Source: Chiloscyllium plagiosum (lineage: Eukaryota). Taken from it: DNA of 64,000 bases. Below, piece after piece: positions 12,595-24,197 of this stretch (the first letter of the stretch is position 1; each line of letters starts with the position of its first letter). A program made the position numbers and the translations under genes. The notes below the pieces were generated by a model, which saw only the letters and a list, made by a program, of their open reading frames with translations, made no database searches and had not been told where the DNA came from. The stretch is from NCBI RefSeq assembly GCF_004010195.1, contig NC_057751.1, positions 4,836,649 through 4,900,648 of the forward strand, written 5' to 3'.

Positions 12595-12615
12595 GATTCC
12601 GCTGTTCGGGAATGA
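12595..12615 (+). CDS. R3HCC1: Tentative R3HCC1 terminal coding segment (DSAVRE*)
   Basis: ttgcag acceptor, phase 0 fit and in-frame TGA, followed by non-repetitive UTR-like sequence; inference only. Confidence 0.3.
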   Translation, partial: DSAVRE

Positions 12616-13796
12616 CCGTCAGACAGAGGAACTGAAGAACCCCCCCCCGGCCTGGCAAAGGTGACACAGACTGTGGGTTCACAGCAGACAGACTGCCAAC
12701 CCCTTTGTAAAAGGGACCTGTGCACTTTGATGCAGCATTAAAGCTACCTGTAGCCTGGAGTCACGTTGATGCGTTCTGCCTGGTTTTTTCCTTCATTTTC
12801 TGCTGATCCTGCACTCATGTCTCAGAAAGGGATTCCCAGACGGCGGGTCCTAACCCCCACTCGGATCGCAAGCTCAGCTCGGACTGAGCACCGTGTGCCC
12901 CTTTCACACCCGTGTGTTGTTTTTCCCTCAGTTGGTGGGTGTGGGATTGTAGACAGCTCTTTGAGGTCAGCTCGCTGCTGCTGACTCTGTGAAACACAGC
13001 TCTCAGGAGAAAGTAGATTGTATTCATTTCTCACTAAGGCCATGCTGCAGAGTCGTTTTGAAATGCAGAAGACAGCTGCCCCTAGAAGTCTGGAGTCATT
13101 TTAGCAAAACACTGCCTGAGAAGCTGTCTGATATTGCCAGACTCTGTTTAGGTTTGTAGGCTCAGAGACAGCATCAGAATAAGAAATTTGCAGGAGAGAA
13201 AATGAGTTTCCACTCTTGCATCCAGCTAGGTGCAGGTACGATGGGCCAAATGGCCTCATCTTGGGATTGTCCACGAACATGCAAACCAGATCCCCTTTGT
13301 GCACATTGTCTGGAGTGAGTGCTGTGCTGCTAAAATATCGCCTTGAGTCAGCACTGAAATGGGGAGGGGAAATTAATCCTCAGGGATTGTCTTCATCCAT
13401 TTCACCCTGAGCTCCAGCAACGTGGTTCCAAACACAGATTGAGCTACCCATGATGTTAAAATCTCCCAGATGCTGCAAGGGCACTGTAGGAGTCTTGTGC
13501 CAAGTCAAACAGCCGCATCGGATAAATGATTTGCATTTCTTCAGTTGTGAAGGCAGTTTAAGGCCAGGGATTTACTTTTTCATATCTCAGCCCTTTGGAG
13601 GCAAGAGGGCCAGTGAGTGACACAAACTCAGTTAGGGAGGGACTGAGCCCATCATTCCGTGAGGCTTTGCCGGGTTCTGAGCATGTATTCAAACAAGCTC
13701 CAGTCAGCGTGTCAGGAATACGGAATGTCACTTGTTTAGAACCGCTGGGTACTAGGTGGCCACTGTGCACATAGAACTAAGACAGAAAAGGCTGGA

Positions 13797-14038
13797 GAAT
13801 CATGGAATGCCTACAGTATGGAAGCAGGCCATTCAATGCATCAAGTCCACACCGACCCTCTGAACAGCATCCCATCCAGACACACCCGTTTCCCTGTAAC
13901 CCAGCAGTTACCATGCCTCATCCACTTAGCTTTCATATCCCTGGACAGTATGCACAATCTAGCATGGTCAATCCACCTAACCTGCGGATCGCTGGACTGT
14001 GGGAGGAAATGTGAGCACTCAGACACAGACAGTTGCCC
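13797..14038 (-). mobile_element. 5'-truncated HE1-type SINE
   Basis: Core and tail match in reverse. Confidence 0.65.
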
Positions 14039-14527
14039 ACATATGATCACATTTGGCAGCATCTGTGGAGACAGAAACAGAGTTCACATTTTGAGTCCAG
14101 TGACCCTTCTTCAGACCAGCGTTCTGAAGGATCACTGTTTTTTCTCTCTCTCTCTTCACAGACGCTGGGTGACCTGCTGAGTTTCTCCAGCCCTTTCTGA
14201 TTATGTTTGAGACCTTCAGTGGCCACACTTATTAGTTTTATTTTCATGGCCACAGACCTGAGGTGCTAATAACAATACTAAATGCCTCTCACCGACTTGA
14301 CAGTTGCTGTGGCCTGCCTGCCTGTCCCTTCGGTCCTTAAGTCAGAAGGTAGCTCATTTCTTCCTTCCCAGTTGTATGACTCCATGTCAAATTGTTTAAT
14401 TCTTGGGGATGCTGCAGAAAGGGTTTCACGTTCAAGGGGGCATCCAGAGAAGCAGGGCCGAGACTGGAGTCTGTGTATGAGGTGGAGAAAGTCACAAAGT
14501 CAGGCATAAAGATATTCTCAGAAATAT

Positions 14528-15536
14528 TGTGACAATATTATGGCTTTTTGAGGTGTATTTTGTCATTTTGTTTTCATGAAGAAAAGTTGGGACAGATGGA
14601 CGAGCAGTCTGTTCAAGCCAATTAAATAAGCAGCTTGGGGTGAGTCTTGATTTTATTTTAAAGTTAGAACAATAGAAGGAGCCTGACCAATTCTCTCACT
14701 GCTTTTATGGAGAGAGAGGCTTCATGGGGGATGGAGTGCTTTATTTCCCCATTTATCTGTTTTAATTTAGTTCCCCCCCCCCCCCCCTTCTCTCCTTGCA
14801 TTCCTCCTCCCCTTCACATTTTTGACACAAACATTTGTCCTTATCAGGCTTTGCTTGTTCATGTTTCACAAACCACATGGGTGTTTTTGTGGTGACTGAA
14901 AATACCGAATTAAAGTTTTTGCACAATGGTGTCTTTTTACTGTGTCACAAGACAGATGCACACAGTAATGGGTGATTTGGAGAAAATATAAGCACTACTG
15001 CTGGGCTCCCTTTTGGGTACAATAGTAGTGTAGGGAATTAAAAAAAATATTAATAGAAGCAGCCTGATTAGGGATTGGAGAGGTCAAGCTACCACTGCAC
15101 CAGGACTTTTAGTTTAATCTTCAGGAACATTTACTGGCGTCTTGAAGCTGGTTGTGGAAGTTTTTATTCCTCGCTCTGTTATGGCTAAAAGCTAGGGTTC
15201 TCTTCCTGCTGCCAGAATTGCATGTGAGACAGTTGATTTTTCTGAATTTGCCTTTGCTAAGGGTTTATTTGTGGTTTGTTGTGAGATTGGAACAGTTGCT
15301 GGTTAGTAGTCAAATAATCTCTTAATCTGTTAAGTTTTCTAATAGAATTTGTTTTGTTTGTATTTTAACTAAAGGGTAAGAATGAAGGGTGTTTCGCTGG
15401 AAGCCTATTCATTTGACCAATCAAATTGTATCTGGAACACAACACCACACACTCGGCCTTTGTAAAAATAAGAAATAGTTAGGGTCTGGACCATTTTCTT
15501 AAAATATTTTGAGGGTATTTGGTCTGGTCCATAACC
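14528..15536 (+). mobile_element. Solo LTR-like element with 5-bp TSD (AATAT) and an internal insertion
   Basis: TGT...ATAACC ends; AATAT at 14523-14527 and 15537-15541; related to 33455-34060, 124-707 (-) and about 60200-61365. Confidence 0.6.
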
Positions 15537-15541
15537 AATAT

Positions 15542-16490
15542 AGATATGAGGAAGATATTGTTAAATATAAAAGGGTTCAGAAAAGATTTACAAGGCTATT
15601 GTTGGGATTAGAGGGTTTGTGCTGCAGGCAGAAACTGAATAAGTTGGGGCTTTATTCCCTGGAGCTTCAGAGGTTGAGAGGTGACCTTTTAAAGGTTTAT
15701 AAAATCATGAGGGTCATGGATAAGGTAAATAGACAAGGTCTTTTCCCTGGGGTGGGGGAGTCCAAAACTAGAGGGCATAGAATATAGAACGGTAAAACAT
15801 GGTACAGGCCCTTTGGCCCTCGTTGTTGTGCTGGCTTTCTATCTTACACTAAGATCAAACTACCTACTTACTGTTCATTGCACTATGTTCTATGTGCCTA
15901 AGCAAGAGTCACTGAAATGTCCCAAATGTATTTGACTCTACTACCACTGCTGGCAGTGCATTCCACACACCCACTACCCTCGGTGTAAAGAACTGACCTC
16001 TGACATTTCCCCGAAACCTTCCTCCAATTTCCTTAAAATGATGCCCATTCGTGAAATATATTTCCGCCTTGGGAGAAATGGCTGGCTATCCACACCTCTG
16101 ATCATCTTGTACACCTCTATCAAGTCACCTCTCATCCTCCTTCACTCCAATGAGAAAAGCCCTCTCTTACTCAACCTATCTTCATAAGACATGCCCTCCA
16201 GTCCAGGCAGGTTTAGTTTAGGGAGGGAGGGGAAAGATTTAAAAGGGGCCTGAGGGGCAACTTTCTTATGCAGAGGGAAGTGCATGTATGGAATAAGCTG
16301 CCAAAGGAGATAGTGGAGGCTGCTACAATTCCAACATTTAAAAGGCATCAGAATGGGTATATAAATAGGAAGGGTTTAGAGGGATATGGGCCAAATGCTG
16401 GTTAATGGTACTAGATTAATTTGGGATATATGGTCATGAAAGATGAGTTGGACCAAAGGCTCTCTTTTCCTGCTGTATACCTCTATGATA
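15542..16490. mobile_element. CR1 3' fragment (+) with an opposite-strand CR1 nested at about 15783-16210
   Basis: RLRGDLLKVYKIM peptide; the + element resumes after the - insert. Confidence 0.75.
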
Positions 16491-16639
16491 AACAAAGCTG
16501 GAGGACAGGAATGTTTGAGAATGGTCAACCATGACAAGCAGTGAGTCCCAGCTGGAAGAAGCAAAGGGACTACATTTCCCAGCAGGCCACAGGCTACAGC
16601 GGAGCGCATGTGCACTCTTGCCCCACAAACGACAGCAGT

Positions 16640-17000
16640 GTCGTGAAGTGCCGGAAAGGATGCCAGTTGCCGCGGTGACGGGGCAGAGGTGGCGATGGCG
16701 GATGCGTTTCCCAGCCGGCGGATTTTCGTCTTTTTTACTCTTTCTCCCTGTCATTTATCTTTGCGTCGTAGCTTCGGTTCAAACGAGCAAGAGATATGAA
16801 CGGGTAAGCGCCGATTTTAGAAAAACGGGAAATGGCGATCTCGGGGTTTAACGGACGGCCCGTCATCAGCAGCTTCCTCTCAGCGCGCATGCGTCTTCGC
16901 GTGTGACGTGGCGGGCGGTTGTGAATGATTGACGGCCGCCGACATCCAATCAGCTGGCGGCAGCTGGTTAGCTCCGGGCCTGGGAGCCAGTGGGCGGGTC
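16640..17000 (+). promoter_or_regulatory. CpG-island promoter of ENTPD4
   Basis: Most CpG-dense stretch in the window; NRF1-like GCGCATGCG at 16885-16893, TGACGTGGC at 16904-16912, GC box GGGCGG at 16913-16918, CCAAT at 16946-16950. Confidence 0.75.
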
Positions 17001-17033
17001 TAGCAGGTGACAGGTGTGACAGTGCATTCCCAG
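16960..17033 (+). other. ENTPD4: ENTPD4 non-coding first exon (5' end approximate)
   Basis: Consensus donor cag|gtaagt at 17034 directly downstream of the promoter motifs. Confidence 0.6.
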
Positions 17034-17051
17034 GTAAGTGGGCTCAGAGAG

Positions 17052-17780
17052 AAAGAGTCATAGGGCTGTACAACATGGAAACAAAGGCTTTGGTCTAACT
17101 CGTCCATGCTGACCAGACATCCTAAATTAATCTAGTCCCGTTTGCCAGCATTTGGCCCAAATTCCTCCAAACCCTCCCTATTCATATACCCATCCAGATG
17201 TCTTTTAAATGTTGCTATTGTACCAGGCTCCACCACATCCTCTGGCAGCTCATTCTGTACATGCACCACCCTCTGTGTGAAAACGTTGCCCCTTAGGTCT
17301 CTTTTAAATCTTGCCTCCTCCAAACCCTCCCTATTCATATACCCATCCAGATGTCTTTTAAATGTTGCTATTGTACCAGCCTCCACCACATCCTCTGGCA
17401 GCTTATTCCATACATGCACCACCCTCTGCGTGAAAACGTTGCCCCTTAGGTTTCTTTTAAATCTTGCCTCCCCCACCACCCTGTATATTTACCCTATCCA
17501 TGCCCCTCATGATTTTATAGACCTCAATCAGGACACCCCCGCAGCCTCCGACGCACCACGGAAAATAGACCCAGCTTGTTCAGCCTCTCCCTATAGCTCA
17601 AACTCTCCAACCCTAGCAACATCCTTGTCAATCTTTTATGAACTCTTTCGAGTTTCATAATATCCTTCCAGTGGGAGGGAGACCAGAATTGCACACAGTA
17701 TTCGAAAAGGGGCCTAACCAATGTCCTGTACAGCTGCCACATGACCTCTGTACTCCTATACTCGATGCTCTGACCAATGT
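17052..17780 (-). mobile_element. CR1/HER1 3' fragment with an internal 153-bp tandem duplication
   Basis: LYRTLVRPLFEYCVQFWSP; duplicated RGNVFTQRVVHV..ELPEDVVE. Confidence 0.85.
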
Positions 17781-17849
17781 CTGCAAGGTCCTAGCAGGTA
17801 ATGTGCAAGGCTAAAGGAGCTGGTGCATGAGCAGCACATCTCATGATGT

Positions 17850-17932
17850 GGGCGACACGGTGGCACAGTGGTTAGCACTGCTGCCTCACAGCGCCAGANN
17901 NNNNNNNNNNNTAATCTAATCTAATCTAATCT
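17850..17932 (+). mobile_element. HE1-type SINE collapsed across an assembly gap (N at 17899-17911)
   Basis: tRNA-like head before the gap and (TAATC)n tail after it. Confidence 0.75.
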
Positions 17933-20285
17933 CCAATTCTGCACCTCTCCAAATTGGATAAACAGGTCCTTCTGCTATAAATGTGCGTTTTGCAACACGA
18001 TTTGGCAGTAACATGATTGACGAATTGGAGGCACTGTTTTTAAAGCACGAACATTTGTAATGTGTGGCCTGTAACAATTGCATCGCCAACATTTCAAACT
18101 CTCTCTTTATAAAGCGGGATCCTTCTATCATGCCTTCTTGTGCAGGGTTGCACAAGAACGCAATGATCACGTTATAGAAAACCTGCTTGTGGAGTAATTG
18201 AGATAGACAGCAAGGAAGCAGACCCTTCAGTCCAACTCATCCATGTTGACCAAATGCACTGGATAAATCTAGTCCTACTTGTCAGTATTTGGCCCATATC
18301 CCTCTAAACCCACCCTATTCATATACCCATCCAGATGTCTTTTGACTGTAAGTGTGTTAGGTTTCACCACTTCCTCTGGCAGCTCATTCCATACAAATAC
18401 CACCCTCTGCATAAAAAAGTTGCCCCTCAGGTCTCTTTCAAACTTTCCCCTGTCACCTTAAGCCTATGACCTCCAGGTTCAGACTCCCTCACCCTGGGGA
18501 CAAGACCTTGGGTTGTTCTTGGCAGGGGAGGGGTTTACGGGAAGGGAACATAGGAAGCCAGATTGTTCTTTTGGGCTCTATCCCCAACTAATGGTCACTC
18601 CTTACCTCATGCCCTATCTTCTGCATATAATCCAACGTTTTCTTTGCTCCTGTTGGTTTTGAGGAAGGGTTGCTCAAGCCAAAATGTTAGTGCTGACATC
18701 TGTCCACTGATGCTGCCAGATCTGCTGAGCTTTTTCAGCAAACTCTGATTTTGTAGAGAAACAACAGGAGTAGGTTATTCAGCCCCTCAAGCTGATTGGT
18801 GGCTGAATGCCATATGCCTGCCTTGGTCTATGTCCCTTGATTAAAAAACATTTAAATTTCCGTTTTTGATTCAGATTTTTATTGTCACATGTACTGAAGT
18901 ACAAAAGTTCAGGAGTACAGTGAAAACTATATCGTGATGTGACACAGCTGCCATCTTTGGGGCAACGAGCTCAGGATAGCATCATTTCCAGATTCATTTA
19001 AATTAGTGTTAATGCTGTGCCCTCTTGTGGTGCAGTGGTACTATACAATATCATTCAGTCCAGCACAGGAATGGGCCCTTTGACCCACGAAGCCTGTGCT
19101 GAGTCTCATGTTTATTTGGACCTTCTATCCTTCTGTTCACCTCCCATTGATGTGTCTATCAAGATATGCCTTATATGTTGCTAATGTGCCTGCTTCCAAC
19201 ACCACCACTGGCAGTGCATTCCAGGCACCCATCACCCTCTGTGTGAAAACTTTTCCTTGCTCTTCTCCCCTAAACTTCCCAAAAAGAAAGAAGAGTCCGG
19301 GTGGTGGGAAAAAAAAATTCAGACCAAACTGTGGTGATGCAGTTTTAAAGCCAAACACTGTACCCTCTTATGACAGTCATGTCTCTGCTCCGGACCGAGA
19401 GGCCCTGGTTCAAGTCACACTGGCTGCACGTACGTGTAATAACGTATCTGAACAGATTGCTCAGTAAAATAGTTTAAATGAAAATATCTGTCTCAGGTAC
19501 AAACTTCACAACTGAATCCAGCAGCCACCACCATTGGAGGTACACCTCCACACCTCTTTGTGTGTATTTGTTTTTTCTGCAGATCAACCTGTTTAAAGAT
19601 GTTATTCCACACTTCTGGAGCAGGTGGGACTTGTACCCAGGTCCCTGGGTCAGGGATAGAGACACTATAACTATACCACAGGAACCCCTATATGTATCAA
19701 CTTACTTTTGAACATCTCTCCTGAATGGCCTGACCCTAATTCTTCATCTGTTGCCTCCTGGTTCTAGAATTTTCAATCAGCAGAAATAGTTTATCTGTCT
19801 TTCCCTGTTGATGTCTTCAAGTGCAGAGGGGTTGCAGTTCTGAGAGTACGAGCAAGGTGAGGGAGCACACTGAATAGGTGTTGGGAGTAGAGGGGAAAGC
19901 CCAGTGCCTGCTGATGTGCTGCAGGGTTTCCGTCCTGTGTCTCTTGCTGTCTACACTGTGCATTAATGACTGGGATGTGAATGTGGAAAGTATGGTCAGT
20001 TAGTTCACAGTTGACACGAGAATTAGTGGTGTGGTAAGCAGTGAGGGGGCAGACCATTGACAGTGGGATGATATGGACAGGCTGAACAGTGGAAAATGGA
20101 ACTTAATCTTGAAAAGTGAGAGTTGTTGCATTTTGGGACGGCTCAGAAGGCAAAAAAAAGTCAGATTCAAGGAATTACTGAAGATCAGACGGACCTTGGT
20201 GTTCACATCCAGAGATCCTTGAAGGCAACAAGATAAACAGATAAGATTCTTTATCAGGTGGATGAGATACTGGCCTTCATTGGTC

Positions 20286-20897
20286 TGTGATGTTAAAAGA
20301 TTAAATGGAAACATCTCTCTGGATATTAATGTAATATTAAAGGGTTAAATTGCACTGAGTGAACATTCTGGAAGTGGGTAGGGACGACAGTCAGGCAAGA
20401 ATGCAAATGATTCCCACTCCATTTAGACAGTCATTTGCTGCTACTCCCCCTATTATTATCAGATTAAACTATCATTCAGTGCCTCCCATTCAGAAATACT
20501 TTCATAACCATCCCTCGAAGCTTGGTATGTCACACCTGCATTGTCTTGGGGAATCACTGAGTCAGGAAATCGTTTGCATAATGATTCCCCAGGAATGTAT
20601 ATAGGGCATATACGTTTATGTTACCTCTGAGGATGTTCTCATCCTACTATTGTACCTGGGGTTACATGTGACTGTGGGGAAGCGGCCAGAGTATCTGTGA
20701 GCATGACCGACTTGACCTGTATAAAGGGGATGTGTTTTCTTTATTCGGGGCCTCTTTTGACTCGACCTCAAACACCTGCAAAGAGGCTCAAAGGGGTCAC
20801 CCAGCTTGTACCAACTTTATTAAAGTTTAACTGTTTGCAGAAGTTGGTGTGCGCGAATTGCATCTCGTACGTGAAACCGCAGGGAAAGAACCTAACA
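20286..20897 (+). mobile_element. Solo LTR with 4-bp TSD (GGTC) inserted into a CR1 fragment
   Basis: TG...CA ends, GGTC on both flanks, internal TATAAA and ATTAAA; CR1 sequence resumes on both sides. Confidence 0.7.
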
Positions 20898-22758
20898 GGT
20901 CACTCATTGAAAATAAGATGAGAGAGGTTACAGCAGTGCTGTTGGTAATGTTAGTTTGGTCATAGTTGAAATGACGTGTGCAGTTCTGGTCACCACAGTA
21001 CAGGAAGGAGTTTATGAGAGAGGGTGCAGTGGAGATTTACCAGGATGTTACCCTGTGCTGGAGCAATTCAGCTCCCAAGAGTGACTGTCTGGACTTCTCC
21101 TCAGAAGAGAGAAGACTGAGGGAGGGGACCTGCTTGAGGTGCATGCAGTTGAAGGCTATCGATAGGAAGACGCCTTTCCCCTTCATAGAAGGGATGTCAG
21201 GGAAAAATGCTTCAACCAGAGTGTGGTGGGGTACTTGGAATTCACTGGCTCAAACAGTGGTAGAAGTGGGAACCATCACAATGTTCATCAAGTCTTTTGA
21301 TGAGCTTTTGAGGCATGAGAGTGCTGGAAAATGGCACTGGGTTTGATAGATGGTTGACAACCTTCCAACATCTTACCCTGGCTTGTCCTCGAGTGCCAGA
21401 TCTTTGAGAGATGAAGGATGACTGGTTTCTGATGGGTTGCTCCTGTAAGTAAGGTGATGCCTTTCAGCAATGGATTTGCATGCTACCTTGCTATATTTTG
21501 AGCATTGGAGTGTTTCGGGAAGGGATAGTCTGTTCTCAGGAAGGTCAGCGATTAGTGAGAACAGAAGGAACTGGTGCAAATACGAAAAGGGAGCTGAGCA
21601 CAAGGTATTCTCACCCAGAAATATGCCTGTCATGTCATCCTGTCCGGGTGATGGAGGCAGAAACCTTCAGTACGTTGGGAAAAATCCTTCATTATGTGAT
21701 TGTCATGTCCTCCCTTGCTGGGTACCTGTTCCATGACTGTTCCTCAGTTAGTACATACAGGCAGTGGACCTGTCATAAAAACGTGTGCCTAACTTTTGAT
21801 CTTATTGTGCCCAGTTCTGATGGGTTTTGATTTATTATTGTCACATGTCGTGAGGTACTGTGAAAGGTTTTGTTTTGCATGCAGTAGCAGGCAGATCATA
21901 CCTTCTGGAGTGCATGAGGGTAATAGAACAGAGCAGAGAATACAGTGTTATGGCGGCAGAGAGCGAGATTCTGGTCGGCACAGTTTGGGAAGATGTGAGC
22001 GTCCTGTAGAGGAGATTGATCAGAATGGTTCCTTAGCTGGGGGACATTAGCTACATGGTTATATTGGAGAAGCTGGGGTTGTTCTGCTTGGAGCAAACAA
22101 GGTTGAGGGGAGATTTAACAGAAATATACAAGATTATGACAGATTAGACAAAAGCTGTTCCTTTGAGCTGGTGGGGTCCAGAGACTAGGTGGTGCTGCTT
22201 TAAGGATTTAGGGAAGAGATAGGCAAGATGTGAGGAAGAAGATTTTTAAGTATCCACTGGTCATGTGGAACTTGCTGCCTCTGATGTATGGTGGAAGTGG
22301 AGACAGGAACAAATTAGAGGATAATTAGATGAACACTTGAGGGAAATAAACTTGCAGACTGAAAGCAATTGAAATGATTTGATTCCTGTGTAGTGAGCGA
22401 GCATGAAATGGATGGTTCAATGTGCTTCATTTGTTACCACAATGATACTGGATTGTTCAACCCTGTACAGTATGAGAACAGAGTAACTTGGTTAGTGCAG
22501 TTTGCTGGAGAGCTGGGGCAGCTTTCTGTGACCCTCACACCCAGATCGTGCTCACTCCGGTTCATGTGAGTACTTTGGGAACCTGTGTGAAAGTGGTACA
22601 GAATAGTTGTAAGGCAGAGGAGTATTGCCTGCTAACCCACCTCGCTATTTTCTTCACTGCTTCAGGACTTCAATTCCTCCCTGGGAGAACTGTATGCTGT
22701 GCTTGACACAACTTGGATTTGTTGACAGCTGATCATTGCTTCTTCCCCTCCTTTTGCC

Positions 22759-22766
22759 ATGGGAAG
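22759..22766 (+). CDS. ENTPD4: ENTPD4 start exon (exon 22666-22766; coding ATG GGA AG = MGR)
   Basis: ttcag acceptor at 22665, good Kozak gccATGG, ag|gtaagt donor; MGR start as in mammalian ENTPD4. Confidence 0.88.
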
Positions 22767-23290
22767 GTAAGTCCCAGGTTGTGGGCAGTAACTCTGCAGT
22801 ATGTCCAAACGGTTGGTGGGAATGGGAAATCTTGCTGTACTCCAGACTCCTCTGCTTGACATATCGATCAGCTTCTGCTGTCAGGATGGTCAGATTTCAT
22901 TTGCTCAGGACTGTGCTTGGTTCTTATTTTGCTCTTGCTGGTGGAGCATGTTTGAATTTCAATCAAAATTCTGGAAAGTCTAAGAGATTCTCATACGAGG
23001 CAGTTTGCGGCAGGAATAATGGTGGTCAGAGTACATTGAGAAATGAAGACTGGCTTTTGCACATACCCTTGACCATCTCCGAATGTCCTCCAGCCACTGA
23101 AGTTTTTGTAATGAAAAAGTGAATGAATGCAAACATTGAATGAATGAATTTACAGTGAAGGAACAGCAGCAGCAGCAACCCATTTGCCTGCAGCAACTTA
23201 TCGCAAAAACTACAACGTGCTGGTTCATGAGCAGATCATCAGCTTTTGTGATCTTGGTTAAGAGAGGACTGTTTGCCGGGACATGGTCTG

Positions 23291-23612
23291 GGGTGGCACA
23301 ATGGTTCAATGGTTAGCACTGCTGCCTCACAGCGTCTGGGATCCGGGTTTGATTCCACCCTCGGGTGACTATCTGCATGGATTTCCTCCAGGTGCTCCAA
23401 ATTCCTCCCAGAGTGCATAAATGTGCAGCTTAGGTGGATTGGCCTTGCTAAACTGCCCATAGTGTCCAGGGATGTGCAGGCTAGGTGGGTTACCTATGGG
23501 AAATTCAGGGTTACAGGGATAGGTGTTTGTTTTGAGTGTGATGCTTTTCAGAGAATTGGTGTGGACTCGATGGGCTGAATGTCTTGCTTCCAAGCTGTCG
23601 GGATTCTATGAT
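23291..23612 (+). mobile_element. HE1-type SINE
   Basis: A/B-box head, gtttcctcc...ctccca core, CR1-like tail. Confidence 0.8.
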
Positions 23613-24002
23613 CTTTGCCTGAATGGGAGCCTCCGTTTCCCCTCTAATCTGAAAGACAACTCCTGTAATAGTGCAGCACCTCCTAATTACTGCATGTGTG
23701 CCTTGATTGGTTTGGCTCTTGAAGCCACAGCCTTCTGTGTTGGAGCTTTGAGGGCAGGCAGCTGATAAGCAATATTTATTTCTGTATAACTTTGCAAGAT
23801 AAAATACATGAATCTGCTCAGTCAGTAAACTCTAGGATGATAGTCCCGAAATTGCTCATTGGTATGGAGTGAACTGAAGAGCCAGTTTTGAAATTGCAAA
23901 CTGAGATTAATTCCCATGTGGAAAAGTAGCAGTTTTGCCAGGTTGTGATCTCTCTTGAAGTATTGTTACATTTTTTTGACCAAGAACTTTTCTCTTCGTT
24001 AG

Positions 24003-24197
24003 GTTCTACATCTCTTGTCTATTCCCGGCTTCGTGGCATTTCAGCTTCTCTGCTTCCACCTGCCCACGTCCATTCAACACCATTTTCCGTCAGTTGACAG
24101 CTCTCGCGTTGATTGTTGTCATCTTAACTTTACTGTATGTTCTGCTCGTTTTGGATAAGAATGGATGGGGGCGGTTATACCAGGACAAAGGAGATAG
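24003..24197 (+). CDS. ENTPD4: ENTPD4 exon, N-terminus and first transmembrane helix (FYISCLFPASWHFS...LALIVVILTLLYVLLVL...)
   Basis: AG/GT flanks; ISCLFPASWHFS signature; hydrophobic helix. Confidence 0.93.

Noticed and set aside
14909..14914. ATTAAA as the R3HCC1 polyA signal
   Set aside because: Lies within a nested repeat insertion; cannot be assigned without transcript data
17142..17660. 172-aa ORF with a 51-aa internal repeat
   Set aside because: Antisense reading of a duplicated CR1 fragment; no independent coding evidence
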